From positions 62,001-126,000 of the forward strand of contig JYFJ02000454.1 of the NCBI GenBank assembly GCA_000934665.2: a DNA stretch of 64,000 nucleotides. Reading direction: 5' to 3'. This stretch comes from Catajapyx aquilonaris (lineage: Eukaryota). The notes beneath the pieces are model-generated. The model did no database searches. It had not been told where the DNA came from and saw only the letters and a list, made by a program, of their open reading frames with translations. Position 1 is the stretch's first letter. Every line of letters starts with the position of its first letter. The translations under genes and the position numbers were made by a program. Shown here in pieces: positions 1 to 12,752 of this stretch.

Positions 1-161
1 GGGCAGGGGATGTTTATATCTCTGTCGCTACATCTCCAAACAAAAACAGGGGTCCAAACACCCACCCAAAATGGCCTTTCATTTATCAAGTGTTCGAAAA
101 ACACTAATTTTTGTGTAGTAGCCGAAAGGGGCTTACAGATGGCGCGCGGATTCGCTCAGGT

Positions 162-193
162 TGAGCGTGAGCTTGAGCGTGAGCGTGAGCTGA
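162..193. repeat. Short hexamer tandem repeat (TGAGCG/TGAGCT) x5
   Basis: Sequence reads tgagcg tgagct tgagcg tgagcg tgagct ga. It explains the ERELERERE stretch of ORF 10..207. Confidence 0.85.
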
Positions 194-3100
194 CTTCTCG
201 CTTGTGAAAACGTAAAACCGGGAGTACCTTCACTGTCCCCGCATGTCAAACTCTACTGAATACACCCCTGGTTTAGGATATTCCCTAGTGGAACCAACTC
301 CCAAAAAAAGGGGGGGAGTCCCTGATCTGGCCCATCTCTCTTGTTCCTCCATGGCGCGTCCTAGGCCCCCACAATTTATGGCCTCATTTGGCCCAGGCCG
401 AAACGGTAGGCACAACGTTGTGATCCTCGCCGACTTTTGGGTCCGTCCAGGCGTGGCTTCCTCGGACGGTTGTAAATCAATCAACCTGGTTGGAAAAAAA
501 GGGGAGGGAGGGAGGATTTTTCCCGGGGAGAAGGGGGGGGGGGGTCAAAAACACCTTGGGAATTCACGGCCGGGGTGTAAAAAGGGCGGATGTCCACTGT
601 CCCACAGGTACACAAACTGAGGTCAAACGGTTTTGACCCGCATACCTTCACGTATCGATACAAAAAATATCGATAATATCGATCAGGGTCTAAAAATATA
701 CACATTTTTACTCGAAGGTTATTCCTTATCGCACACCGCACATACGCCCGTATTATTTGCAATTGAGCGCACGTCACGTGAAGCCCCGCAAAATCCATGT
801 TTCATCAATAAATCCGCGGAAAACCTGGGCTCAGGTAGGCGACCCCCTTACGCTTTACTACGAAAGCAAATCACGGTACGATTTTTACAACAATGCGTGG
901 TGTTATTGACCCGTATAAAAGATTTGTCCAGCGGCGCATTTGCAAGCCCCCTGCCGGCTAACCCATAACTTACGGGATGAAACCCGCACGTGGAGGAACG
1001 CGGCTTTAGGCCGGTTCGTCATTAGGCCTGCGCACTTAAAGTCAAAAAATATTTTAAAACATTTGCACCTGTTACAATTTCCCCCAGTTTTAACGAGCAA
1101 AGTTTTAAAAATCTGGGAAAATATTCGACTCTCTGTCACTTTTTATGGAAGCGCATCTTACGCCCAAGTGATCATAATTCCATCTGCATATTTTTAAAGC
1201 AGCCCGTATATTTTTTTAGACTAAATACACGGGGATTGCAAATATTCCGAGCCGCTACTGGATTACAATTAGGCGTTAATGTTTGCCCCAGTTATGCACT
1301 GATTGGAGCAATCTGTTCGCGAATTTAACGCTTACCTGATTTGCATATGTGTCTATTACGCTGTCATCGCAATGCGGACTAGTGTACTCACGAAATTATT
1401 TTGTGTGGTTTACTGCTCAATTTGAGCCGCTTTCTGCACTTGAACGACCATTTTTTTAGCAAATGTGTCAGAATTTCTTTGTCGATTGTGTCAAATATCA
1501 TAATTACCCGCATATATGAAAAGATTTCACGCCAAATATTAAATTCTGTTATGCATTAAATTGTCAAATTTATTCAAAATATTTGAAATCCCTCCAAGCC
1601 ACACCACATGCATTTAAAATAAGACGGGAAATTAAGTTGTTTTTTTTGTTTCAAATTCAGAGTTAAACCACTCAAAATAATCACACGATTTACCACTTTC
1701 CAGCATGCCATCATAATTTACGACCCCAAACCAGACGACACCACCAGTCCTCAACATATATATGACAATCCAGGTCCACCTGCCAGCCTGGAATGTCCCT
1801 CATCTTTTTGACAACATTCACCTCACGTTTAAGTCCCCCCCCCCACCCCAAANACGCCCAGATTATCCTCCATATATTCCCATCTAAATTATTTTTTTTT
1901 TACCCCAGTCAATCCAACGTATCCAGCGATAACCCCACGGTTTTGCGCGTCTTCGTTCCAAGAAAATGGTCTCCTCGCACGAAAAATTTACTCGCCCTAC
2001 CGCATAATGGGCATCCTCTTCAAGCCCCCCTTTTGTTCAAGGATGGATGGATCCCAGTTCTTTTTTTTATATACTTCTTCCTTACCCTATTCTTTCCCAG
2101 CCTGAGGGACATGATGGCAGGGTGGAAATTAGGGTAAAGGAAAGTATTCCGGCACGCATGAGGCCCTGGGTTGGCTTCTGTAAGATTAAAGAGGTTGGAA
2201 CGCGCTCTGGGACTGCTAACTGCCAAGGATAAATTTTTCAGCTCAAAAATGGCCACATCACCTAAATGTGGCCACTGTCGCAATAAGGCCAACCTAATAA
2301 GGCCACCGATCCCACAACTTGACATTAATAAAACTTCTGATGATAAGTCTATAAACTGCGATTTACAGAGCAGCTTTTCGTCTTGAGATTTTTGGCTGAA
2401 TCGATCCTCTTGGCCCCCAACTCGTCGACACATGTGCCCAGGGGCCGGCCCCTACCCCCCGTTAATTACCACATGAGTTTCCGTTTGGCAACTGGGTCGC
2501 TGCAATTTTGCACGTACCCTTTTGTTCACCCTGCTTGTAATGCCTCTTGTAGGCTGTTGGGTTCAGGGGGTTGGATGGAAGCTGCGCCATTTGTCTCGCT
2601 TGTGGTTTGCAGCCAGCGGATGAAACGTTCCGCGAATATTACACAGCGCAGGGAGAGGAGTCGGTTCGGCACTAAACTGAAACATGAACTATTCCAGAAA
2701 TGTTGCTGTTTTGCGCCTAACTCCAACCCCTCCTCATCTTGGCTGCAACTTTATCGAAAATTCAGGGAAAATGATAAATGTATTAGCTGGTATAGCCTAC
2801 GGTTCAAGCTAATTACGACCAAATTCCTAATTCCAACTCTGTCAGTACCAGCGGAGCACAATATATATCTCCATTCTCTCTCCCAGGGGTTTGCTGGCCC
2901 CCGTGTAAGATTTATATATCGAAAGGGGGGGCACCAACTGTAATTACAATTCCACACGATGTCCAATTATGTAACCCAGGCCGGATTATGAACATCTTAT
3001 CCGTTTAAGGCGCGGTGCCACAAACCTACCTATTACCAAATTCCGATCCATAAATACTTTTATGCTTTTAATCTCCCCCTGTATTTACGACTACCCCTAA

Positions 3101-3655
3101 TCTGGGTGGCGCCCATGCTTTCACCTCTTCCAAGATAGCAGGTTCCAAAATTGGCCTCAACATGTAAAGAGGGGAAATATCTGGAGAAAAAGATGAGGCA
3201 CGGGGGTTTACCTCTATGTCGCCCGTAAATAATGGATGGAGCCCTGAGAACAATGTAAACATTCCTGTTCTCCAGGCGATAAAGTTTCCTAATGACCGCA
3301 CGGACAAATAACAGCGACGATTATTATTTGTCAAGGGGTCACATGAATAACAGGGAAAGTTTTTCCCTCGTTTATCCGGAAAAACGCCTGCCATGTTGTA
3401 AATCAACATCGTTATCCCCCATACACACGCCCCAGGAAGGAAACTCTGTCATCTGGCCATCACACATTATGGCTCATCCACACACTCATAAGTCCATTAG
3501 AACGGGGGGACCCCTGCGACAATACTCCCCTCCTGTCAATGTATAAAGGAAGAGTGATGCATGGGTAGGAAGTACACTCAAACGCACCTAATTAGGTTGT
3601 TTGCTCTTTGAATCTGAAGAGGGTTAAAGGAAACGTCACTCTAAATCTGCATTGC

Positions 3656-3735
3656 ACAAAATGGCCGAAACACGTGGCCGACCGACGCCCTCGCTAGATG
3701 GCTCTGCCAGAGACCACGTGGATCGGCCATTTTGT
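3656..3735. repeat. 22-bp inverted repeat with 36-nt spacer (MITE-like or hairpin cassette)
   Basis: Arm 1 (3656-3677) is acaaaatggccgaaacacgtgg. The reverse complement of arm 2 (3714-3735) is acaaaatggccgatccacgtgg. They match at 20/22. Confidence 0.85.
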
Positions 3736-4667
3736 CCGCAGCAAGAAACGACATCTGTCGAGAGCGTCGGTTAGGCCCCGAACCTCAAGAAAACACCATG
3801 ACTCATCCGGTTTTACATCCGATGGCCCTCTGATGAAATTACCCCGGGTCCGGGCGGACTAAGAGGACAACAACGGCGTCGTCGACGTCGCCGCCGTCTC
3901 CCCTATATATCCCTTACTAGCCTAGGAGTAGGGTCGGGAGGGGGAAAGAGCCTCCTCAAAATCTCATTACCAGGAGAGCAAAAGCATGTCTCCCACCCGG
4001 AGCCCTTGCCACCAAAAACACAACGGCGGTGGCAACCTTGCGATAACAAACAGGTTGCCAGAAGACTTTACCCCCCCCCCCCCCTCTCGGGCTACTAAAA
4101 GACTGAAACATGTCCCCGCGAATGAGTTGGACTTACACTCGACACGACGCCGTCTATCAGTGCAGTCCAATTAACCTTGCGCTTTTATCTCCCGGGGCCG
4201 GTAAGCCCATTAGGGTTGGGATATGGCCAACACTAGCGACAACAAACCCTTTTTTTGGAGACATTCCTCATGCAAAACGGGATTTCAAGTCTCCCTTATT
4301 ACGTCTCCAAATGAGGGATAATCGGGGGGTGGGGAGGGGAGGGGATGGGGGGTTTACCTGTCGTCTCAATTTTGCCTAACGGCCACGTTGGAGATAGGCC
4401 GTTTATCACTTCCAAATTGCCTCCGTTTGCTGGCTTTCTGGTGGGCTCCAGCCATATTTGGCAATCCGGTTCGCACTGTTGGCGGAAAAAAACGGCCGAA
4501 TACTACCGGGAACGTGATGCATCGGACGACATCAGGTCACCGCAAATGGATAGGCCCACGTATGACCCGAAGAAATCTAACTGTGTAGGCCTAAGTAGCA
4601 TGACCCTGCACATTCATCTACCAAATTCGAGAACCGACCTATACGGAATGCAAAATTTTCTACCATT

Positions 4668-4888
4668 TTAATATTTCAGCTATTAAGCTATTTAATAATT
4701 TTAACTGTCCTTCAATAGTTCAACTGTTATTCAAGAGTTCAAATGTTATTAATATTTAACTACTATTTATTTTAACTGTTGTTATTCATTACATGTTATT
4801 AATATTTGAACTGTTACTCAATATTTAACTAACATTATTTAACTGTTATTAATTTTTGAGCTGATATTTAATATTTTAACTATTATTA
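4668..4888. repeat. Degenerate AT-rich minisatellite, ~17-19 bp unit (AACTGTTATTAATATTT-like)
   Basis: Recurrent units include aactgttattcaagagttc (4722), aaatgttattaatattt (4741), aactgttactcaatattt (4809) and aactgttattaatttttg (4841). About a dozen diverged copies. Confidence 0.8.
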
Positions 4889-6862
4889 GGAACTCAATCC
4901 TGAAGTGTTCCTGTCGACCATCCCAAACTTTCCCAGGCTAATAATACCCACCAATTATGACACCATCAAAACGGTCACGGACATACATTCGGAAAAGGTG
5001 TCATAATTGCAATCGGGCACGGTGCATTGGCTCGAGATGGGCTTCTAACCTCAAAATTACGACCCACTCATCACCGTTTTACAGCTCCCTACCTACCTAT
5101 TCAAAAAAAAAGGTCCCCAAATAGGGGTGTCACTTTTGGGTACTGCTGTTTCGGGATGCGGGGGTATACACCCCATGGAGCCCGAAACCTCCGGCTGTAA
5201 ACCTGCACCGTTCATTTGTCTTTGTTCGGCCGCGAAAAAAAAAATCGGCAAACCCCCGCGTGCGTGCGAAATGACAATACGTTCACCCATACTCGCCCGC
5301 AATAACTGTCACCGGCTTAATTTGCGAGCCGTATTACGATATCGCACGGACCCCCAAAATCCTTCTAGTCCAGGGGACGTGTCATTAGTAAAACTGTGCG
5401 CGCCGACGCAACACGTATCGATTCGCCACCATGCCTCCGGTATATACATATTTAATGTCGTTTACTGTCAGAACCCACACTAAATCGGCGGACAAAAAAA
5501 TTTGCACTATTTAAAATCCCGTTCAAACTACGCTTTTGACACCCTCTGTGATTCCGGTGTACGGCAGAGCGCCCACCCCCTCCGATACACGGCTGTTCGT
5601 CACGGCCATTTGCACAGCGTACGGTGAAGCAGAAAAACCATAGTCCCAAGTGGCACCCCCGGTCGAAATATTGGTTAATGCTTTTTCACTACCCAAACCC
5701 CAAACTACGCCCAAAACTAGCATATTGTCCAAATACAACTTGGGTTTGAAGACTGCTGAAGGAAAAAAAAAAAAAAACCTGGTGGTATGGGTCCGGATCA
5801 ATACGGAGTTGCCTGTGTGAACTATGGACTTTTAGCCAGCGGGCCTTGGGGCGAACCGGAACATTCTGTGCCTCTCTTCTTCTTTTTTTGGAGCCGTCCT
5901 ATACCATCCCCCATCAGGGGAGGCCAGCGTCAACCTTGAACCATGAACGACCTCCCATATCTTCACCTGAGACCAGCCGAAGACCTGAATCCGGCGAAAC
6001 CGGAGCCCCTCCAGGGGCCTGTCTGCATACTACAGTACCTTGTTTTCGAGCGAAGGCCCGACCCCCGGAAAAACTTTTAGACGCCCGTGCCACCCAAGGC
6101 GTCCCCTCTGGCGCCAGAGGCGCCTGGATGCCTGTGCAGGAAGGTCCTGACAACCGCCAAGGTCGTGTCGATACCATCACGAAAAAAAGGGGGAGATCAA
6201 CTGGTATTGAAACCAATCCTTTGGAGGCGCTGACATCTAGTGATACAGTAGTAAGATCGATTCTATCATTTCCAAAATATTTATTATTGACATTTTTATA
6301 CAGCCCAGTAATTTACTAATATTATTTTATCGTGAACGAGAAAATTTTGTTCAAAACCTAAATTTAATGTCTACAAACTGCAAAAAAAAATGGATTTTCA
6401 TACCAAAAACTGAATGTCGGCCCAAACTCTGATTTTACCTCAGGTTTACCTAACAGGTCTCTTCGTCTTGGCGCTCAATAATTCAGCCACAGTTACATGG
6501 TATGGTGTCAACCGTAAACACACGGGGTTCCTGAATATTGCACCGACAGGAGCGGTACAACATAACCTGTTGAATTCCTAACACCGAAGCTCCTGCCCTC
6601 TTAAGAGATCCTTTATGGCGGCCCGACCCCCCTACTGCTTTAATAAGTTAATTTCGGTCCATTAAGCAATGGATATCAAATGTCTGAATTCAACCCCTTG
6701 CTCTCTTCCCGAGTCGTGTTTGTTTCACGGACTCGGACTAACAAGTGTATATTTCGGGACCATGAGTACAACAAGTGCAGCTGGCTCCAGAAGTGCGTCA
6801 GAGTAGCTTCCATTATGCCTAATTATCTAGAGTGGACCTGCAGCACTGTACCGTCCAACACA

Positions 6863-7030
6863 ACTCGCCACCACTGCGTCTAGGTTACACTCAAGGGTGT
6901 AAACCACCTCAAAGCCTTGAATCAAATCCTTAAACTCCTTGAACCGACTCGTCACCTCTCCATATAGATTACTCTCAATGATTTAAATCGACTCAAAGTC
7001 TTGAATCAAACCATGTAACTCATTGAACCG
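6863..7030. repeat. Two-copy 84-bp tandem duplication
   Basis: 6863-6946 and 6947-7030 align without gaps; 65/84 identical by manual count. Confidence 0.9.
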
Positions 7031-10000
7031 ACTTGAACTGATCCAGTTCTTGTCACAGAATAACTATAGCTTTAGGCTTGACGGACAGACGTACTGTTTG
7101 CAAGTGCACCTGCCCATCGGCACAACTTCGACCTTTCAATCAAATCTGTCTAACACTGTGCCTAAATACTGTACTTTTCACCACCTTGCCCCGGTAAGTC
7201 GGACCGGTAATAGCGGATTTTATCAGGCCAGAACAAATCGAAACGCTTAGCTTTCCCGTCCAATTATTTCATTACTGCATTCATATTTTTTTTCTCTCGG
7301 TCTGCCCCCAACAATCACAATAATGGGGAATTATACCCCCTCATTGAATACTGAATAGGAAGCGCGCTCACCTGCTGGCTGGGGCTGCTGCAATCTTCCT
7401 TCTCTCACTTTCACCTGTCATTACCTCCTCCATCGTGTTTTTCCCATACGAAAGTTACACCAGTCTGACCCAAATTACCTCCGGTGCTGGCGGGGTTTCG
7501 CAACCGGCGCATAACCGACCCACGTACGGCATCACATCAAGTCACGGACAAAAGCCCGCCTTTTAATATCGCTCTCCAAGTGAATCCGAAAGGTCACTAC
7601 GTACGAACAACCGAACTTCCCTCAGGCCTTTCTTATGCACATACTTTCACTCATTTTCCATGGAGACTTGAGACGTATAAGGTGACACAATGGGCCATGG
7701 GGTGTGCAATTTCGCGCCCTGCAAGTTTGGTTAGAGCCGGAAAATTGTTTCTTAAATATATACCGCATGCAAATATTCTTACGTAATCGGGTGGCATAGA
7801 CACTCAGAATTCCTTTCTCTCACATACATTACGCAAACGGTTCTGCTCACTTGCTTCTCTCACAATACAACCCTGGGTGACAGCAAAAATTGTGTCTGTA
7901 TTTATGTCTGAAGCGAATATGGCGGATAATGAAAGTGCCAGCCAGAGTGTGAAAAATAGTCTAGCTCTGGCAGACCTTTGCAATTTTTCCCCCGCTCTTT
8001 TGATTTAAAGCCACAAATTCCAGTTACCTGCAACCGGGTGTAAATGTGGCACCCAGGCCAAAAACACGGAATTATAATACCTTTTGGTGTGGGTGTTTCT
8101 GATGAAGCCTTTGGGCTCCAGGAAATGGAAAATCATCCGCCCTTACATTAAGATAGATGCTTGACTTTCTCACCTGCAAAGCCTTCCCCAGTTATACGCA
8201 AATTGAGGAGGAAAGTGTGGCTCCGAATATGCAATTTATCTAAGGTTTTCCGCGGAATACCAGGGGCCTTGGTTGGAAGCGAGATGTTATCTTCTTCGGG
8301 GGGCCCCTCTGTCTTCCATCAAGATTCGCGCATAAAGCTTTTCCTATTTGACAAACTTCATGCCTTTATACCCTGAGATGAAGGGTATATAAAACCTAAA
8401 CTTTAACTTCCCCACCCTTTGGGAAAAGCTCAAAAGCCACTTCCTAGCTCCACCTCCTGCTGACTTCTCCCCCAAAAGTTTGAAAATTTCCATCTTGTCT
8501 CCATTTTCTGCGCGAAAAATCCTGGCACTGCCAACCGGCCATTTTGGACACACCGCCATCTACCGGTGGCGTCCTGCAGCGCTCGCCAGCGCCATCTCTA
8601 CCCAAATTTCGTGACAACTCCGGGCAGGTGTGGGATCAAAATCAAGGCACGCGAACCGACCGTATTTCTCATTTCCACTAATCCTACCTCATCACTCCTG
8701 GCTCGAGCGGACATTTTCCTTGCTGCGAGCACTAGGGGGTTCAAGTCAAACTCCCAGAAATTTACGCCAGAAGCAGCAGTCTTATTTCTTTCTCAGGGGG
8801 AAAAAAAACTAACCATCCACGTCCCAATCAGATACCGCCCTGAACTTGCACGTGCCTAAGATTTCCTGGAGTTTAAAAAAATGTCGAAAGGTGTTGTCCC
8901 TTTAAAATTCCTGAACCATCTGGTTCCACGAATGCGACACAATTTAGTCGCCATTTTGAATCAAATTCAACAATGCACAAGATGACCAATTAGTCCTTTC
9001 CATTACATCCAGTGCCAACAATGTCCCCGGTAGCTCCAGCTTATCCGACGCGCAACATTGCAAAATGTTTACCGGCGCCGGACTTCAAAAGGGTGCCTGG
9101 GGCTAAAAGGTCATCCCATCGAACAACAGGACTTCAAACGCGTCTAATGAAGCCCACAAACATCTAGTAGCGTGGTTCGGGTGAAAATGGCGCTTTGTTC
9201 CCGGATTAATCAATGGATTCTACCCCTATCCAGTCAGAAAATCCGTGAATAAAACATAAAAATTTAAACTTTTTTTTTGTTAAAAAAAAGGCCGGTCCAA
9301 CAAGTTAATTACAGAGTGCCAGAGAATTAATTATGCACATGGTTATAACAACCGGCACTCCAAACTCTACAACTATAGTGACATGCTGTCCCTGTCTCTT
9401 TACAATTCATGAGGACCAAAGGCGCTTTGGTCAGTCGCCGCCGCCATAAAGCACACCTAAGCGAATCTTCTTGTACCCCACGACTCTTATCTCCACAATG
9501 TTTATTATCCCGCCATCTTCTAAAAAAATGTTAACATACAACAAATTTTCCCCAATCACAAGTCTCTGGGATAAACAACGTCGCACCGTACCTGATGTGA
9601 TGGGAAATATTGCTCTACCGTCCATGGCCGGTTTCAGTTCGGTTTTCATCCAGGCGGGGATGAGAGATAAAATTATACCAGAAAACTAAAATCGGGGAAC
9701 GGTATCCCCCCTGAGGCTCTCTGGGAAGCTCGGACATGGCCAAAAGTCCACTATATATATACCTGGGCCTGGAAGCGTCGATGGGATCGATCCGTACACT
9801 CGGATAGAAAATGGGTGGGCTTCCATTTACCACACTTCTAACCCCCCNCCCCCAAAAAAAAGATATTTGAAAACACCCAGCACTACACAACTAGGTCATG
9901 TGTCACCAACTGCACTAGTTATTTACGACGCGTCCAGCGCTTGAATCTTAACTGTCGAGGTGTAATGAACGTCATTTAAATATTCAAACCAGAGGTATTC

Positions 10001-10442
10001 CCCCAACCAGACACTGCATTAAAATTTGCATGTGGCAACCCTGCGTTAAATTACACGGGCAATATAAAGGTTTTCGTTTACACCCCTCGACAGGGGGGCG
10101 CGCAGCATGAGAAGAGGCCACGGGCTTCTGGCACAACCAAAAAGGACTGCCAATTTCTCTTTCGATGCCAACCCCCAAGACTGTGTAACGAAATTAAGGC
10201 CCTGGTGAGGGCGGGATCAATACCCACCCCTCTGTACCTTACCTAACCCCTATAGATGCCTATTTGTACTTCAAGGAGTCTGGAGATTGAACCCTGTTTT
10301 CCCCCCTCAGTCCCTCAGGATTTCTTCCCCCTATACTCGTCTAAGATCCCGGTTTCCCCTCCTGCGGTGCAAACCATGGTCAATTGCTCATGTATGGAGG
10401 GGACTTGTACCCAACGCCCTTAGCAAAAGACACAAACACGCC

Positions 10443-10470
10443 GACAGAAAATTCAGGCTTGCTGGCTCAT
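10443..10470 (+). repeat. Interspersed repeat core, copy A
   Basis: gacagaaaattcaggcttgctggctcat matches the core at 12712-12752 with 2 mismatches over 28 nt. Confidence 0.8.
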
Positions 10471-10490
10471 AATAGGACAAATTCCACGCT

Positions 10491-10516
10491 ACCTAATCCA
10501 CTTCCGGACTACTGAG
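10491..10516 (+). repeat. Companion interspersed motif, copy 1
   Basis: acctaatccacttccggactactgag is 24/26 identical to 13476-13501. Confidence 0.8.
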
Positions 10517-11499
10517 CTGCTGATTGCGAGAAAATTTAGGAATTTTTATACTTTGCCGCAATTGTTACTCACATCTTCATTGAAATCTCGGGGTTAAATA
10601 AACTCCGTTTGGGCCCGGTTTGAGTGCCACTCTTCAAATGGCCCCGCCGCTTATTGATTCCGCCCCCAATAATGCCTACCTCCTGGTAAGAGCAGGGTGG
10701 GGAGAGGCGGGGATGGGAGTGAGAATCGATACCAATATCGAGTTCCGAGGCGTTTCCAAATTGTAATGTCACTGCCGATGGAATATAAAAAAAAGTGGAG
10801 AAATTTCAAGGCTTGGCGCGGGAATGATAGCTACATTATTGCCGCCCTATTTGCGAATAAAAGCCCGCAGCCATTGTGCCAACCGGTATGAAACTTGGAC
10901 ACTAGGTTCGAAAAATTTGTCATATGACAATTACCGCGCGCTTCCTTCCGGAATCGACCGGGTATGGACTCACACCGGACCAAAAATGGCGGGGGAGTTT
11001 GGACCGAAAATGGACAGACCAAGCTGTCATTCCGCACGATTTGAGCGCAGATTCCATCGCAGGCCAACTGTCTCCTTATTTTCGAGGGGGGTTGGGGGTG
11101 TCCTCCTTCCCATTCCGGCAGACAAGGCGTGCCCCCCTCCCCCCCACTGCTGTCGGCCGCCATCTTACACGGACCACTTCCTCGGCTAACAAAGCGAAAT
11201 GGGGAAGACGACGGGAACCTGCGAATAACAATCCCCCTGGGGGCCTCTCTAACCCTCAGACTCCCTTCCAACCTGGTTCGCTCCGCAATCAGGACCTAGG
11301 GCCTATAGGCCCTCGTGCTCTAGTGGTTTGGGAACTCAGAGGGGGGGGGGGGGATTCAAGAAGGTGGATGACGGGAAGTCGCAAGTTTCAATCTCATGGA
11401 TGCAGATGTTGACACTGCTTGGATATGGAGGTTATGGAGAAGCCTCACCACAACCCGGGTTCAGCCATCCGAATGCTCCGGGGCGTTCGGACGGCTGAC

Positions 11500-11539
11500 G
11501 CGCTCGGGAGAGTTCGGATGAGTCCGGGAGAGTTCGGAC
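11500..11539. repeat. 10-bp tandem repeat (GAGTTCGGRN) x4; opposite-strand relative of 34326-34400
   Basis: Units read gcgctcggga gagttcggat gagtccggga gagttcggac, with an extra gcgttcggac at 11483. Confidence 0.7.
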
Positions 11540-12411
11540 GGCCGAACAGTGCGGCTCGTCGCGTCGTGGGCTCGTTCACAATATATAATTTTAATATCTA
11601 ATTAATTTTTAAAAAATATGACTTTCTCACTGATTGCACCTCGTGTTTACATATCACAGAGGGCGTTCGGGGGGGTTGCGCATGCGTCCCCCGTGGACCG
11701 GACGTTTAACCCGTTTACGCCCGTTGGCCACCACCGGGTGCTAAATAAACAAAGGCGCCCACCCCTAAATGCCAGGGTTGATTACAAGCATTCCCCCTGT
11801 ATCCCCCACATCCACATTAGATTTTTATTCAGGCTTGGGCCTACATCAGGAATTAGTTATGAAACGAGGCACCGGCGCAGGCTCGGGGTACCCCAAGCAC
11901 CTCTGGCTCCGAACTAGCAGTTTATGCGTGGCAAAGCACCTCATAAATAACAACAAGCTTGGAAATTGAGTGCATGGCGCCCCGGCTAAATAATTTCCGG
12001 GGACTGCTCTAATTTTCCCAGTGTCCTATGGCCCCGGGGCCTTTCGATTTTCCCAGTGTTTTAAAGGCGGAATCCAAGATGCATTGTGTGCGCCCCCCTC
12101 AGGCAATTATGCAAATCAATTAACAAAGACAACGCTTTTCCGGCACCCCAAAAATCCATTTCCTCGCGAAGATTTTCGCGAACACTTACTAGCCCCGGTG
12201 TAATCCGGCGCTTCGGCAGCCATCAAACACTCACCTGAAACCAAAGGGAAACTCGGGTGGAAACAGAATTAGATTACATCGCTTTCGGAGGGGTCGGCCC
12301 AGGTGATTTAAATATGAGGCGTGGCAAAAACCGACAGTTTATTTCGGATCCGTACTGTATGTTTAATGAGCAAAAAAAAAAACTCGTGATGATCAATATT
12401 TTAAAGCTAGA

Positions 12412-12466
12412 GCGTCATACAAACCGTGACCTTAACCTCCATTAAAAATGCAGGTCTGTATGACGC
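12412..12466. repeat. 14-bp inverted repeat with 27-nt spacer
   Basis: gcgtcatacaaacc (12412-12425) and ggtctgtatgacgc (12453-12466) are complementary at 13/14. Confidence 0.7.
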
Positions 12467-12711
12467 CATACGCAAAATAAACATTGCATAATTAGTATTA
12501 TTACATGGGTCGACGTTAAACATTTTCCGGAGGGAAGTACAGTGCCGGCTAGCGTATAGAGTACGCTCGATTTTTTTCTACAACATACTCGCGATCTATT
12601 TTTGCACAGACTCGAACTATGATTGGTCTCGTCACGAAACTACGTTGTCATATGTGGGCCATACTGTGAAATCCACGTCCAAAAATCAGTATAAAATTTC
12701 ACTTAAGTTTA

Positions 12712-12752
12712 CATGCTAGTGAAGACAGAAAATCCTGGCTTGCTGGCTCATT
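12712..12752 (+). repeat. Interspersed repeat core, copy B
   Basis: catgctagtgaagacagaaaatcctggcttgctggctcatt matches the reverse complement of 43034-43074 at 39/41. Confidence 0.9.

Noticed and set aside
3624..8905. TTAAAGG / CCTTTAA Kolobok- or piggyBac-like termini
   Set aside because: Several such heptamers occur, but I could not pair any into extended TIRs.
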